DNA of 64,000 bases, taken from assembly GCA_964493735.1 (NCBI GenBank), contig CAZBPN010000004.1, positions 4,109-68,108 of the forward strand, read 5' to 3'. The notes below the pieces were generated by a model. The model did not search any database and was not told the origin of the DNA. It saw only the letters and a list, made by a program, of their open reading frames with translations. Numbering within the stretch: the stretch's first letter is position 1; each line of letters begins with the position of its first letter. Source of the stretch: an uncultured Rickettsiales bacterium. GTDB lineage: Bacteria > Myxococcota_A > UBA796 > UBA9615 > CAYRNR01. The translations under genes and the position numbers were made by a program. Below, in pieces: positions 45,626 to 55,818 of this stretch.

Positions 45626-48469
45626 CTAGCAGCCGTTGCCGGGGTAGACGGTGGGATCCCGGTCGTCGCAGTCCCAGCCGTCGGCGGGGTAGCTGACCGG
45701 GTCGTAGCTGCCCGGCTGCCACCACTCGGGGAAGCCGTCGAAGTCCAGATCGAACCCGTCCGCGTCGGGACCGCCGTACGCGCCGATGTCGGAGCGGGAG
45801 CCGTCGGGGTCGTACATGTTGTACACGCCCGTGTCGTACAGGCCCGACGCGCTGTCCAGGTGCAGGTCCCAGTCCAGCGGGTCGCCGGCGGCGGTGCCCA
45901 GGAAGGCCGGATCCACCGAGATGTTGCCGTTGAGTCCGCTCGGATCCGATCCGCCGGCGTAGTTGTCCGGCGAGTTGTCCCAGGCGTTGCAGTAGGTGAA
46001 CTGGGCGGTGGCCCAGTGGTAGACGCCGCCGCCCTCGACCGTGGCGGCGTTGCCGGCGGCGTTGAGGTTCTTGATGATCGGTGAGGTGTTGTACAGGTAG
46101 ACCCCGCCGCCGGTCTCCGCCTCGTTGCCGACCACGGTCAGGTTGAGCAGGTCCGGGTAGCCGAAGCCCTCCATGTACAGCCCGCCCCCCTCGCCCAGGG
46201 CCGAGTTGCCCAGCAGGCTGAGGTTGGTGAACTCGACCCCCGAGCCGTAGGCGTAGATGCCGCCACCCGCCAGGGCGATGTTGTCGGCGATCAGCACGTT
46301 GGTCAGCTCGGGCACGCCCCCGTACATGTAGATGCCGCCGCCCTCCAGGTCGGCCCCGTTGTCGTCGATCAGCACGTTGACCAGGGTCGGGCTCCCGCCC
46401 TGTACCGCCATCCCACCGCCCTGCCCCGCGGTGGCGCAGTCGGTGATCCAGACATCGGTCAGCGTCGGGCTCGACGCGGAGACCATCACGCAGCCGCCCA
46501 TCGTCCCGTCGTAGCCCCCGGTGATGGTGAAGCCCTCGAGCACCGTCGACGGGGTCTCACCGCCCGAGAACAGCACCGTGCGGGCCAGGTCGCCGCCGTC
46601 GATGATGGTCTCGTGGGGGCCCTCGACGCCGTACAGGTGGACCTCCCGGCCGCCGAAGTCCAGGTTCTCCTCGTAGATCCCGGCCGCGACGCAGATCACG
46701 TCCCCGTCGGCCGCGCCGTCGATGGCGTCCTGGAGGGTCGGGTACTCGCCGGGCACCGATCCGACCCCGGGCGCGCCCGGGTAGATGGTCGGATCGTCGT
46801 CGTCGCAGTCCCCCTCGCACAGGAAGGCGCCGTCCCCGTCCCCGTCCACCTCGTCGGCGAGCAGGTTGCCGTCGCAGTCGTTGTCCGCGCCGTCGCAGAT
46901 CTCGGGGGCGCCCTCGTAGACCGTCGCGTCGCCGTCGTCGCAGTCCAGGTCGTCGGCCGCGAAGTTCAGCGGCTGCTCGCAGGTCACCTGGGTCACGGCC
47001 TGGGTACCGTGGCCGTCCCCGTCCAGGTCCTGGTACCAGAGGGTGGCGTCGACCGCGTCGTCCTCGTCCACCTCCCCGTCGCAGTCGTCGTCGTGACCGT
47101 CGCAGTACTCGTCGGCGCCGGGGAAGATGGTGTCGTCGCCGTCGTCGCAGTCGGTGCACTCGCCGATGCCGTCCCCGTCCCCGTCCGGATCGTCGTCGGT
47201 GGCGCCGTCGCAGTCGTTGTCCGCCCCGTCGCACAGGATCTCCGGCAGCCCGGGGTGGACCAGCGGGTTGGTGTCGTCGCAGTCCACGCAGACCGGGAAC
47301 AGGTCCCCGTCCCCGTCGGGCTGGTCGTCGGTCACCAGGCTGCAGTCGTTGTCGATGCCGTCGCAGATGACCTCGGTCGCGCCCGGGAACACCGCCGGGT
47401 CGGTGTCGTCGCAGTCGTCGCAGGCGTCGAAGCCGTCCCCGTCGGCGTCGGGCATGTCGAGGGTGGCGGGGTCGCAGTCGTTGTCGACCCCGTCGCAGTG
47501 GGTCTCGCCGGCGCCCGGGTTGATCGCCGGGTCGGCGTCGGCGCAGTCGTCGCACGCGGAGTACCCGTCCGCGTCCACGTCCGGCTCGTCGATGGTGGCG
47601 GGGTCGCAGTCGTTGTCGACCGCGTCGCAGACCAGCTCCGGGGCGCCGGGGTAGGTCGTGGGCTCGGAGTCATCGCAGTCGGGCTGGCCGGCGGGGCCCC
47701 CGCAGACCATGTGGCCGTCGCCGTCCAGGTCGTCCTCCTCGCCCGGGACGGCGCCGTCGCAGTCGTTGTCCAGGCCGTCGCACAGCTCCTCGGCGCCCGG
47801 GTAGCGGGTGGGGTCGTCGTCGTCGCAGTCCACGCAGGAGTCGTGGCCGTCGAAGTCCGAGTCGTCCAGGTCCAGGGAGAGGGCGTCGCAGTCGTTGTCG
47901 ATGCCGTCGCAGGGGATCTCCTGGGCGCCCGGGTGGATGGCGGCGTCCCCGTCGTCGCAGTCCACGCAGCTGCCGTACCAGTCCCCGTCCCCGTCCGGGT
48001 TGTCCAGGGTGGCCTCGTCGCAGTCGTCGTCCACGCCGTTGCAGGCGGTCTCCTCGGCCGCCGGCCGCTCCGGATCCGCGTCGTCGCAGTCGCCGGCGCA
48101 GACCATCAGCCCGTCGCCGTCGCCGTCCTCCTCGTCCGCGCCGAGGCTGCCGTCGCAGTCGTCGTCGACACCGTTGCACTGTTCGTACGCGCCGGGGTGC
48201 ACGGTCGGATCGGCGTCGTCACAGTCACCGTCGTCAGGGCTCCAGCCGTCCCCGTCCTCGTCCACCTCCTCGGTGGCGTCGTCGTCTCCGGTGGTGTCGT
48301 CGTCCCCGGTGTCGTCATCCCCGGTGTCGTCGTCCCCGGTGTCGTCGTCTCCGGTGTCGTCGTCTCCGGTGTCGTCGTCGTCCGAGGCGGTGTCGTCGTC
48401 GTCGTCGGTGGGGCACCCACCGAGCACGAGGGCGAGCCCCAGCAGGATCAGCAGCAAGCGCGATGGCAT
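45626..48469 (-). CDS. giant lipoprotein with about 12 MopE-type Cys/Asp putative metal-binding motifs and a C-terminal right-handed beta-helix domain
   Basis: Lipobox LGGC followed by a (DDDTG)n linker. Repeated DCDDxDPxxxPGAxExCDGxDNDCDG units follow. The C-terminal 330 aa contain GGG-centred beta-helix rungs (GGGIYMYG, GGGIYAYG, GGGLYMEG, GGGVYLYN). Confidence 0.8.
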   Translation of the reverse strand: MPSRLLLILLGLALVLGGCPTDDDDDTASDDDDTGDDDTGDDDTGDDDTGDDDTGDDDTTGDDDATEEVDEDGDGWSPDDGDCDDADPTVHPGAYEQCNGVDDDCDGSLGADEEDGDGDGLMVCAGDCDDADPERPAAEETACNGVDDDCDEATLDNPDGDGDWYGSCVDCDDGDAAIHPGAQEIPCDGIDNDCDALSLDLDDSDFDGHDSCVDCDDDDPTRYPGAEELCDGLDNDCDGAVPGEEDDLDGDGHMVCGGPAGQPDCDDSEPTTYPGAPELVCDAVDNDCDPATIDEPDVDADGYSACDDCADADPAINPGAGETHCDGVDNDCDPATLDMPDADGDGFDACDDCDDTDPAVFPGATEVICDGIDNDCSLVTDDQPDGDGDLFPVCVDCDDTNPLVHPGLPEILCDGADNDCDGATDDDPDGDGDGIGECTDCDDGDDTIFPGADEYCDGHDDDCDGEVDEDDAVDATLWYQDLDGDGHGTQAVTQVTCEQPLNFAADDLDCDDGDATVYEGAPEICDGADNDCDGNLLADEVDGDGDGAFLCEGDCDDDDPTIYPGAPGVGSVPGEYPTLQDAIDGAADGDVICVAAGIYEENLDFGGREVHLYGVEGPHETIIDGGDLARTVLFSGGETPSTVLEGFTITGGYDGTMGGCVMVSASSPTLTDVWITDCATAGQGGGMAVQGGSPTLVNVLIDDNGADLEGGGIYMYGGVPELTNVLIADNIALAGGGIYAYGSGVEFTNLSLLGNSALGEGGGLYMEGFGYPDLLNLTVVGNEAETGGGVYLYNTSPIIKNLNAAGNAATVEGGGVYHWATAQFTYCNAWDNSPDNYAGGSDPSGLNGNISVDPAFLGTAAGDPLDWDLHLDSASGLYDTGVYNMYDPDGSRSDIGAYGGPDADGFDLDFDGFPEWWQPGSYDPVSYPADGWDCDDRDPTVYPGNGC

Positions 48470-48604
48470 GGAGCGGAACCTCCGCGTCCCCCCACGTCTC
48501 CCCCGAGCCGTGAGGGCAAAGAATAGCAGAGGATCCGGGAAACTCCTTGCCCCCCATGAAACCCGGCGTATACTAGGAAACGGAAAGAGTCACTTAGAGT
48601 TTCC

Positions 48605-49261
48605 TTGGTAACCGGAGGGCACGTGGCGGACCAAGAGACCCGGAACGAGCGCGACTGGGAGGGCACACCGACCCAGCTGCGAATCCTCGACCGCGCCACC
48701 GCGCTGTTCCAGCAGTTCGGCTTCAAGCGGGTGACGATGGACGACATCGCCCACCAGCTGGGCATGAGCAAGAAGACCCTCTACCAGCACATCCCGGGCA
48801 AGGACGCGCTGGTGGAGGCCTTCGTCGAGAACCTGATGACCCAGGCGCTGGGCGCCGCCCGCGCGATCTTCGAGGGCCCGGGGGACGTGGTCTCGATCAC
48901 GCGCACGCTGATCCCCCTGATCCACGCACGCCTGCAGACCGTCACCCCGGTGATGATGGCCGACCTGGAGCGCCACTGGCCCCACCTGTGGGACCGCATC
49001 AACGAGCGGCGCATGTCGGTGCTTCAGCTGTACCTGGGCCACCTGGTGGAGGCCCGCGAGCGCGGGCTGGTGAGGGAAGAGGTCAACCCCAAGGTGATGG
49101 TGCGGGTGATCGAGACGGTCGTGCGGGAGGTCGCCAATCCCCACACGATCCTCGAGCTCGAGGTCCCGGTGGGCGAGGTGCTGCAGACCTTCATGACGAT
49201 CATGCTGCGCGGGGCGTTGACCGACGACGCCCAGCGCCGGTTCGAGGAGGGCGACCGATGA
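48605..49261 (+). CDS. TetR-family transcriptional regulator
   Basis: The helix-turn-helix is FKRVTMDDIAHQLGMSKKTLYQHI. The start is either the TTG at 48605 or the GTG at 48623. Confidence 0.8.
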   Translation: MVTGGHVADQETRNERDWEGTPTQLRILDRATALFQQFGFKRVTMDDIAHQLGMSKKTLYQHIPGKDALVEAFVENLMTQALGAARAIFEGPGDVVSITRTLIPLIHARLQTVTPVMMADLERHWPHLWDRINERRMSVLQLYLGHLVEARERGLVREEVNPKVMVRVIETVVREVANPHTILELEVPVGEVLQTFMTIMLRGALTDDAQRRFEEGDR

Positions 49262-50238
49262 ATCATCACGACATGGTGCTGGGGGGAATCCTGTCCCTGC
49301 TGCTGATCGTGGCGGGCTGCCCCTCGAACGACAACGGCCGGCTGGACGTGAGCGGCAGCATCGAGGCCGACGAGGTCCGCGTCTCCTCGACGGTGGGCGG
49401 CCACGTCGCCGACGTGATGGGCGCCGAGGGGCAGACGGTGGCCGAGGGCGAGGTGCTGATGCGCTTCGACACCGTGGACATCGAACTCCAGGCCGACCAG
49501 GCCCGGGCCGCGGTGCGGCTGGCGGAGGCCCAGCTGGCGCTGGCCCACGCCGGGGCCCGGCCCGAGGACATCGCCGCGGCCCGCGAGCTGGTCAAGCAGG
49601 CCGAGGCCGCCGAGACGATGGCCACCGCCGATCTGGAGCGGGTCGGCGAGCTGGAGAACGAGGGGGCGGTCACCGGCAAGCAGGCCGACGACGCCCGCAC
49701 CGGCCACGAGGTGGCGGTCTCCCGCACGCGGGCGGCCAGGCAGCAGTACAACAAGGCGCTGCGGGGGGCCCGCCCCGAGGAGCTGGAGATGGCCGAGGCG
49801 GGGGTGGCCCAGGCCGAGGCCCTGCTGGCGCTGGCCGAGAAGAAGCTGGCCGACTGCGAGGTGACCGCGCCCCTGTCCGGGACGGTCATCCACCGGCTGG
49901 TGGAGCCCGGCGAGGTCAGCCGGCCCGGGGCGACCCTGTTCGTGATCCAGGACCTGAGCACGGTGCGGCTGACGGTCTTCGTGCCGGAGACCGAGATCGG
50001 CGCCGTCCGGCTCGGGGATCCGGTGCAGGTGTTCATCGACTCCCACCCGGGCCAGCCCTTCCCGGGCAAGGTCTCCCGCATCCGGGATCACGCGGAGTTC
50101 ACCCCCAAGAACGTCCAGACCAAGGACGAGCGGGTGAAGCTGGTGTTCGGGGTGGAGGTGGAGCTGCCCAACCCGGACGGATACCTCAAGCCGGGCTTGC
50201 CCGCGGACGCCTTCATCGGCTCGCAGGCAGGGGGCTGA
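49258..50238 (+). CDS. HlyD-family membrane-fusion (periplasmic adaptor) lipoprotein
   Basis: The ATG overlaps the TetR stop codon as ATGA. Lipobox VAGC, coiled-coil regions and a beta-barrel domain are present. Confidence 0.8.
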   Translation: MNHHDMVLGGILSLLLIVAGCPSNDNGRLDVSGSIEADEVRVSSTVGGHVADVMGAEGQTVAEGEVLMRFDTVDIELQADQARAAVRLAEAQLALAHAGARPEDIAAARELVKQAEAAETMATADLERVGELENEGAVTGKQADDARTGHEVAVSRTRAARQQYNKALRGARPEELEMAEAGVAQAEALLALAEKKLADCEVTAPLSGTVIHRLVEPGEVSRPGATLFVIQDLSTVRLTVFVPETEIGAVRLGDPVQVFIDSHPGQPFPGKVSRIRDHAEFTPKNVQTKDERVKLVFGVEVELPNPDGYLKPGLPADAFIGSQAGG

Positions 50239-50248
50239 GGAGGCGACC

Positions 50249-51217
50249 GTGAGCACCCCCGTGGTCGACTTGCAGGGTCTGGTCCACCGCTACCGGGACG
50301 ACCTGCCCCCCGCCCTGGATGGGATCGACCTGCAGGTCGCCCCCGGGGAAGCGTTCGGGCTGGTGGGGCCCGACGGCGCCGGCAAGACGACGTTGATGCG
50401 GCTGCTCTGCGGTCTGCTGGCGCCGTCCGATGGCGAGCTGCGGGTGTTCGGCGAGACGCTGCCGGCGGGCATCGAGCGGATCAAGCCCCGGATCGGGTAC
50501 GTGTCCCAGCGGTTCTCCCTGTACGGCGACCTGACGATCCAGGAGAACCTGGACTTCTTCGCCGACATCCACGGGGTCCGCGGCAAGGTGGCCCGGGAGC
50601 GCAAGGAGGCGTTGCTGGCCTTCACCCGGCTGACTCCCTTCCGCCGCCGGCTGGCCGACCGGCTCTCCGGGGGCATGCGTCAGAAGCTGTCGCTGATCTG
50701 CACCCTGGTCCACGAGCCGGAGCTGCTGCTGCTGGACGAGCCGACCACGGGCGTCGATCCCATCACCCGGCGCGATTTCTGGTCGATCCTGTCCACCCTG
50801 CTGGAGCAGGGATTGACCATCGTGATGAGCACCCCCTACCTGGACGAGGCCGAGCGCTGTGGCCGGGTGGCGCTGGTGGACCGGGGGCAGGTCCTCGCCT
50901 GTGGGACCCCCGATCAGCTGCGGCGAGGATCGACCCAGCAGGTCGTCGAGGTGGTCTGCAGCCCGGTCCGCGCCGCCGCCGAGGGGCTGGCAGGCGCGCC
51001 GGGGGTGGCCGACGTGCACTCCTTCGGCGACCGCCTTCACGTCCTGCTGGCCCCAGACGCCCCGGCCGAGGCTCCGGCCGATGCGCTGGCCCAGCGACTG
51101 CGCGGACAGGGGATCGAGGTGCGCGCGGCGCGGCCGGTGGTCGCCGGGCTGGAGGACGTGTTCATCCAGCTGGTCCAGCGGGGTCGGGACGACGCGGCAG
51201 CGGGGGAGGCGCCATGA
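50249..51217 (+). CDS. ABC transporter ATP-binding protein
   Basis: A GTG start with a GAGGAGG ribosome-binding site. Walker A is GPDGAGKTT, the signature motif is LSGGMRQK, and Walker B is LLLLDEP. Confidence 0.85.
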   Translation: MSTPVVDLQGLVHRYRDDLPPALDGIDLQVAPGEAFGLVGPDGAGKTTLMRLLCGLLAPSDGELRVFGETLPAGIERIKPRIGYVSQRFSLYGDLTIQENLDFFADIHGVRGKVARERKEALLAFTRLTPFRRRLADRLSGGMRQKLSLICTLVHEPELLLLDEPTTGVDPITRRDFWSILSTLLEQGLTIVMSTPYLDEAERCGRVALVDRGQVLACGTPDQLRRGSTQQVVEVVCSPVRAAAEGLAGAPGVADVHSFGDRLHVLLAPDAPAEAPADALAQRLRGQGIEVRAARPVVAGLEDVFIQLVQRGRDDAAAGEAP

Positions 51218-52146
51218 GCGACGTCACCGTGGCCGCCTGGAACCTGACCCGCCGCTTCGGCGACTTCGTGGCCGTCGACGACGTGACGCTGTCGGTCCAG
51301 GCGGGCGAGATCTACGGGTTCCTGGGTTCGAACGGGGCGGGCAAGTCCACGACGATCCGTATGCTCTGCGGCCTGCTGACGCCCACCTCCGGCCGGGCCG
51401 AGGTGGCGGGCTTCGACGTGGGCCGCAAGCCGGAGCAGGTCAAGCGCCGCATCGGCTACATGTCCCAGAAGTTCTCGCTCTACCTGGACCTGACGGTGGT
51501 CGAGAACCTGCGCTTCTTCGGCGGGGTGTACGGGCTGAAGCCCGGCCCCCTGTCCGAGCGCGTCGACTGGGCGCTGGAGATGGCGGAGCTGCGCGGGAGC
51601 GAGGGCAAGCTGGCCGCCGAGCTCTCCGGCGGCTACCGTCAGCGGCTGGCCCTGGCCTGCTCCCTGCTCCACGAGCCGCCGGTGGTGTTCCTGGACGAGC
51701 CCACCGGCGGGGTCGACCCGGTGGCGAGGCGCCGCTTCTGGGACCAGATCTACGCCCTGTCGGCGGCGGGCAAGACCGTGTTCGTCACCACCCACTTCAT
51801 GGACGAGGCCGAGCACTGCCACCGGATCGCGCTGATGGACGCGGGCAAGGTGGTCGCCGAGGGCAGCCCCGGCGAGCTCAAGCAGGGGCTGGGTGATCTG
51901 CTCCACCTGGAGGTGGCCTGCCAGCCCGCCGCCCGCGCCCTCGAGGTGCTCCGGGCACAGCCCTTCGTCGCCGGAATCTCCATCTTCGGTACCTCGGTAC
52001 ACGTCAGCACCCCCGAGCGGGGCCAGGGGGACGACCTGGTCCGCCGCACGCTGGCCGATGCCGGGATTCACGTGGACCGTATCTCCCCGATCCTTCCGTC
52101 CCTGGAGGACGTGTTCCTCCACGTCCTGGGCAAGGAGGTCGCCTGA
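51214..52146 (+). CDS. ABC transporter ATP-binding protein (second ATPase)
   Basis: Walker A is GSNGAGKST, the signature motif is LSGGYRQR, and Walker B is VVFLDEP. The gene overlaps the upstream gene by 4 nt. Confidence 0.85.
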   Translation: MSDVTVAAWNLTRRFGDFVAVDDVTLSVQAGEIYGFLGSNGAGKSTTIRMLCGLLTPTSGRAEVAGFDVGRKPEQVKRRIGYMSQKFSLYLDLTVVENLRFFGGVYGLKPGPLSERVDWALEMAELRGSEGKLAAELSGGYRQRLALACSLLHEPPVVFLDEPTGGVDPVARRRFWDQIYALSAAGKTVFVTTHFMDEAEHCHRIALMDAGKVVAEGSPGELKQGLGDLLHLEVACQPAARALEVLRAQPFVAGISIFGTSVHVSTPERGQGDDLVRRTLADAGIHVDRISPILPSLEDVFLHVLGKEVA

Positions 52147-53534
52147 TGACACCCCTTCGTTTCTCCCTGCCGCTGCTGGCGCTGATCCTGTGCCTCCCGA
52201 CCGCGGCCACGGCGCGGACTTACACCCTGGCCGGGGCGGTCGGCGAGGCCCTGAGGCTGAGCGACGCCGTGGTGGTCGCCGAGGCCAAGACCGAGATGGA
52301 GAAGGCCAAGGCGGACGAGGCTCTGCTGATGTTCTTCCCCCGCGTGGCGCTGACCGGCGGCTGGGCCCACCTGGACTCGGTGCCCTACGTGGAGCAGACG
52401 GTGGACTTCGCCGAGTGGCTCCCCGAGGACCTCACCGAGAATCCCCTGTTCGGCGACATGTTCGCCGACATGGAGCCGGTCACCCTGCAGCTCGAGTTCG
52501 GTCGCCAGGACATGTTCCAGTTCCAGCTCCAGGCCGAGCAGATCCTGTTCGGCGGCACGGGGCTGCACCGCCAGCGGGCGATGGCCATGGCCCAGCTGCG
52601 GTCGGCCCGCGAGGAGGAGCGGACCACCGAGCACGAGGTGGTCCACCAGGCCGAGGAGATGTTCTGGAAGCTGGCCCTGGCCCGCCAGGCGCTGGAGGTC
52701 ACCCAGGAGGCCATCGAGACCGCCAACACCCACGTCGAGCTGCTCGACGCGTTCGTGGAGGTGGGGCTCGCCTCGGACGCCGACCTGATGGCGGCGCGGG
52801 TCCAGCTGGCCTCCCTGCGGCTCAATGCACTGCAGGCGCGACAGGGAGTCGACCTGGCCGAGGCGGCGTTCCGGATGATCGTCCACGTGCCCGACGGGGA
52901 GTCCATCGAGCTGGACCTGGAGGGAGGCCAGCTGCCGCTGGGGGTCGACGTGGAGGCCCAGGCGCTCACCGAGATCGCCCGCGATTCCCGGCCCGAGATG
53001 AAGGTCCTCGGCGAGCAGATGACCTCGGTCCGCCACGCGGCCGGCGCGTCCTGGGCCAGCTGGCTGCCGGCCCTGGCCCTGCAGGGCAACGTCTACCTGA
53101 AGAACCCGGACCGGGCCAACGAGCCGTCCTTCTACTGGTCCGCGGACATCACCCTGGGCCTCCAGTGGCACCTGTGGGACCGGGGCCAGGCCCTGAGCCG
53201 CAACCGCCAGGCCAAGGCCGGCATGCGGCAGGTCGAGGCCTATCGCCGCCAGCTCCGCGACGGCATCAAGCTCGAGATCGACGTGGCCATGGCCGCCTAC
53301 CGGGAGGCGGACGAGCAGCGCACGGTGGCCGCGGAGGCGGTCGAACTGGCCCAGGAGAGCCTGCGGCTGGCCAAGCTGAATTTCGGCGAGGGTGTCGCCC
53401 GCAACGTGGACGTGCTCGAGGCCCAGACCGCCCTCTCCAAGGCCCGCCTCGACGCCCTCGGCGCGGAGACCAGCTACCGCATCGCCGTCGCCGGGCTGCG
53501 CAGGGCCTCCGGCCTGGACGTGGAAGGGATCTAG
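52146..53534 (+). CDS. TolC-family outer-membrane efflux protein
   Basis: A signal peptide is followed by two repeated alpha/beta halves typical of OEP/TolC. The TGATG junction overlaps the upstream stop codon. Confidence 0.8.
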   Translation: MTPLRFSLPLLALILCLPTAATARTYTLAGAVGEALRLSDAVVVAEAKTEMEKAKADEALLMFFPRVALTGGWAHLDSVPYVEQTVDFAEWLPEDLTENPLFGDMFADMEPVTLQLEFGRQDMFQFQLQAEQILFGGTGLHRQRAMAMAQLRSAREEERTTEHEVVHQAEEMFWKLALARQALEVTQEAIETANTHVELLDAFVEVGLASDADLMAARVQLASLRLNALQARQGVDLAEAAFRMIVHVPDGESIELDLEGGQLPLGVDVEAQALTEIARDSRPEMKVLGEQMTSVRHAAGASWASWLPALALQGNVYLKNPDRANEPSFYWSADITLGLQWHLWDRGQALSRNRQAKAGMRQVEAYRRQLRDGIKLEIDVAMAAYREADEQRTVAAEAVELAQESLRLAKLNFGEGVARNVDVLEAQTALSKARLDALGAETSYRIAVAGLRRASGLDVEGI

Positions 53535-53543
53535 GAGGCTCCG

Positions 53544-54677
53544 ATGCACCCCGTCCGCCTGCTCGCCATCGCGCGCAAGGAGTTCCGGCAGCTGCTGCGG
53601 GACTGGCGGACGCTGTTCATCCTGGTGGCGCTGCCGGCGCTGCTGCTGCTGATCTTCGGCTACGCCCTGAGCTTCGACGTGCGCAACGTGCCGCTGGCGG
53701 TGCTGGACCGGGACCAGACGCCCCAGAGCCGCGAGCTCGTCCGGGCGATGCTGGGCTCCGAGTCCTTCGCCGGCGTCGGCGTCCTGCGCACCGAGGACGA
53801 GGCCAGCGCGTTCCTGAACGGCGGCCGTGCCGACGCGGTCCTGGTGATCCCCCGGGGCTACGGGCGGGCGGTGCTGTCCGGCGAGCGGGCGGTGGTCCAG
53901 GCGCTGGTGGACGGCTCCAACTCCCAGCAGGCGGCCACCACCCTGGGGTACCTCAACGCCCACTTCACCACCCATGCGGTGGACGTGGTGCAGACCGAGG
54001 CCGAGCGCATCGGCTTCCGCATCCCCGATCCGCCGATCCACGCCATCGCCCGCATCTGGTACAACCCGGAGCTGCGCTCCTCCATGTTCCTGGTGCCGGG
54101 GCTGATGGGCTTCGTGCTGATGATCTCGGCCACCATCTCCACCGCCCTGGGGGTGGTCAAGGAGCGGGAGCGCAACACCATCGAGCAGCTGCTGGTCTCG
54201 CCGATCCGGGCGCCGGAGCTGATCCTCGGCAAGACGATCCCCTACCTGCTGGTGTCGCTGATCGCCACCGTCCTGCTGGTGGCGACCGGCTGGATCCTGT
54301 TCGACGTGGCGGTCAAGGGCAGCCTCTGGCTGCTGGGGCTCTCCTGCCTGCTGTTCTGCCTGTGCGCCCTGGGCCAGGGGCTGATGATCTCGTCGGCCAC
54401 CGACAGCCAGCAGGTGGCCTTCTTCCTGGCGGTGATGACCACGGTCCTGCCGACCTTCCTGCTGTCCGGGTTCGTCTTCCCCCTCGACAGCACACCCGTC
54501 GCCGTCCAGGTGATCAGCCACGCGGTGCCGGGCCGCTACTTCCTGGAGGTGGCCCGGGCGGTGATCCTGCGGGGAGCGGACTTCCACGCGATCTGGAAGC
54601 CCCTGGTCTCCCTGTCGGTGTTCTCCTTCGTGATCCTGGCGCTGGCGTCGGTCCGCACCTCGAGGATCCACCTGTGA
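53544..54677 (+). CDS. ABC-2 type transporter permease
   Basis: An AGGAGG ribosome-binding site, an N-terminal TM helix, a large periplasmic loop and a six-TM ABC-2 membrane domain. Confidence 0.8.
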   Translation: MHPVRLLAIARKEFRQLLRDWRTLFILVALPALLLLIFGYALSFDVRNVPLAVLDRDQTPQSRELVRAMLGSESFAGVGVLRTEDEASAFLNGGRADAVLVIPRGYGRAVLSGERAVVQALVDGSNSQQAATTLGYLNAHFTTHAVDVVQTEAERIGFRIPDPPIHAIARIWYNPELRSSMFLVPGLMGFVLMISATISTALGVVKERERNTIEQLLVSPIRAPELILGKTIPYLLVSLIATVLLVATGWILFDVAVKGSLWLLGLSCLLFCLCALGQGLMISSATDSQQVAFFLAVMTTVLPTFLLSGFVFPLDSTPVAVQVISHAVPGRYFLEVARAVILRGADFHAIWKPLVSLSVFSFVILALASVRTSRIHL

Positions 54678-54690
54678 GGGGGACGCGCCG

Positions 54691-55809
54691 ATGCTGAAGC
54701 ACCTGATCCGCAAGGAGTTCCTGCAGATCCGCCGGGACCGGCGGATGGCGCCGATCATCTTCGTGGCGCCCATGCTCCAGCTGCTGATCTTCGGCTACGC
54801 GGCGACCCTGGACGTGGTCGAGATCCCCCTGGTGGTCTGCGACCAGGACCGCAGCTCCACCAGCCGCGAGCTGGTCCGGCGGATGGAGGGCGCCGACACC
54901 TTCTCGCCGATCCTGTACGTGGAGCAGCCGGATCAGATCGACCTGATGCTGACCCGTGGCGACGCGGGCGTCGCCCTGGTGATCCCGACGGGGCTCGGGG
55001 AGCGGGTGCTGTCCGGGGGGACCGCGGACGTCCAGGTGCTGGTGGACGGGGCCGACAGCGTCACCGCCTCCCAGGGGCTGAGCGCGGCGGTCCTGATCAG
55101 CGGCGAGTACGCCCAGGACGTGCTCCGTGAGCGGCTGGCGGCCGTGGGCATGGAGATGCCCGAGCTGCCCCGGCTCGAGCCCCGGGTCTGGTACAACCCG
55201 GAGCTCAAGTCCCGCAACTACATGGTCCCGGCCCTGCTGGGGCTGATCCTGATGCTGATGACCATGATGCTGACCTCGATGGCGCTGGTGCGCGAGAAGG
55301 AGGCGGGCACCATGGAGCAGCTGGCGGTCACGCCGGTCCGCCCGGTCCAGCTGATCCTGGGCAAGCTGATGCCCTTCGTGATGATCGGCTTCGTCCAGGT
55401 CACGGTGATCACGGCGGTGGCCGTGCTGTGGTTCCAGGTGCCCTTCCGCGGCAACCTGCTGGCGCTCTACCTGATGGTGCTGCCCTTCCTGCTCAACACC
55501 CTGGGCATCGGCCTGATGGTCTCGACCCTGTCGTCCACCCAGCAGCAGGCGATGATGACCGCGATGTTCTTCTTCATGATGCCGATGATCTACTTCTCCG
55601 GCTTCGTGTTCCCCATCGAGTCGATGCCCGCCTGGGTCCAGCCGGTGTGCTACCTGGTCCCCCTCAAGTACTTCCTGGAGATCATCCGCGGCATCTTCCT
55701 GCGCGGGGTCGGCATCGAGGTGCTGTGGAAGGACGTGCTCGCCCTGACCGTGCTCGGCGTCGGCTGGCTGAGCTTCTCGGTGTTCCGCTTCCGCAAGACC
55801 GTGGACTGA
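54691..55809 (+). CDS. ABC-2 type transporter permease (paralogue)
   Basis: Same architecture as the preceding gene, a YbhS/YbhR-like pair. Confidence 0.8.
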   Translation: MLKHLIRKEFLQIRRDRRMAPIIFVAPMLQLLIFGYAATLDVVEIPLVVCDQDRSSTSRELVRRMEGADTFSPILYVEQPDQIDLMLTRGDAGVALVIPTGLGERVLSGGTADVQVLVDGADSVTASQGLSAAVLISGEYAQDVLRERLAAVGMEMPELPRLEPRVWYNPELKSRNYMVPALLGLILMLMTMMLTSMALVREKEAGTMEQLAVTPVRPVQLILGKLMPFVMIGFVQVTVITAVAVLWFQVPFRGNLLALYLMVLPFLLNTLGIGLMVSTLSSTQQQAMMTAMFFFMMPMIYFSGFVFPIESMPAWVQPVCYLVPLKYFLEIIRGIFLRGVGIEVLWKDVLALTVLGVGWLSFSVFRFRKTVD

Positions 55810-55818
55810 GCGACCCCC

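Noticed and set aside
51893-54773. 934-aa plus-strand and 901-aa minus-strand ORFs over the TolC and permease genes
   Set aside because: They are out-of-frame or antisense to the efflux genes, which have strong homology signatures.
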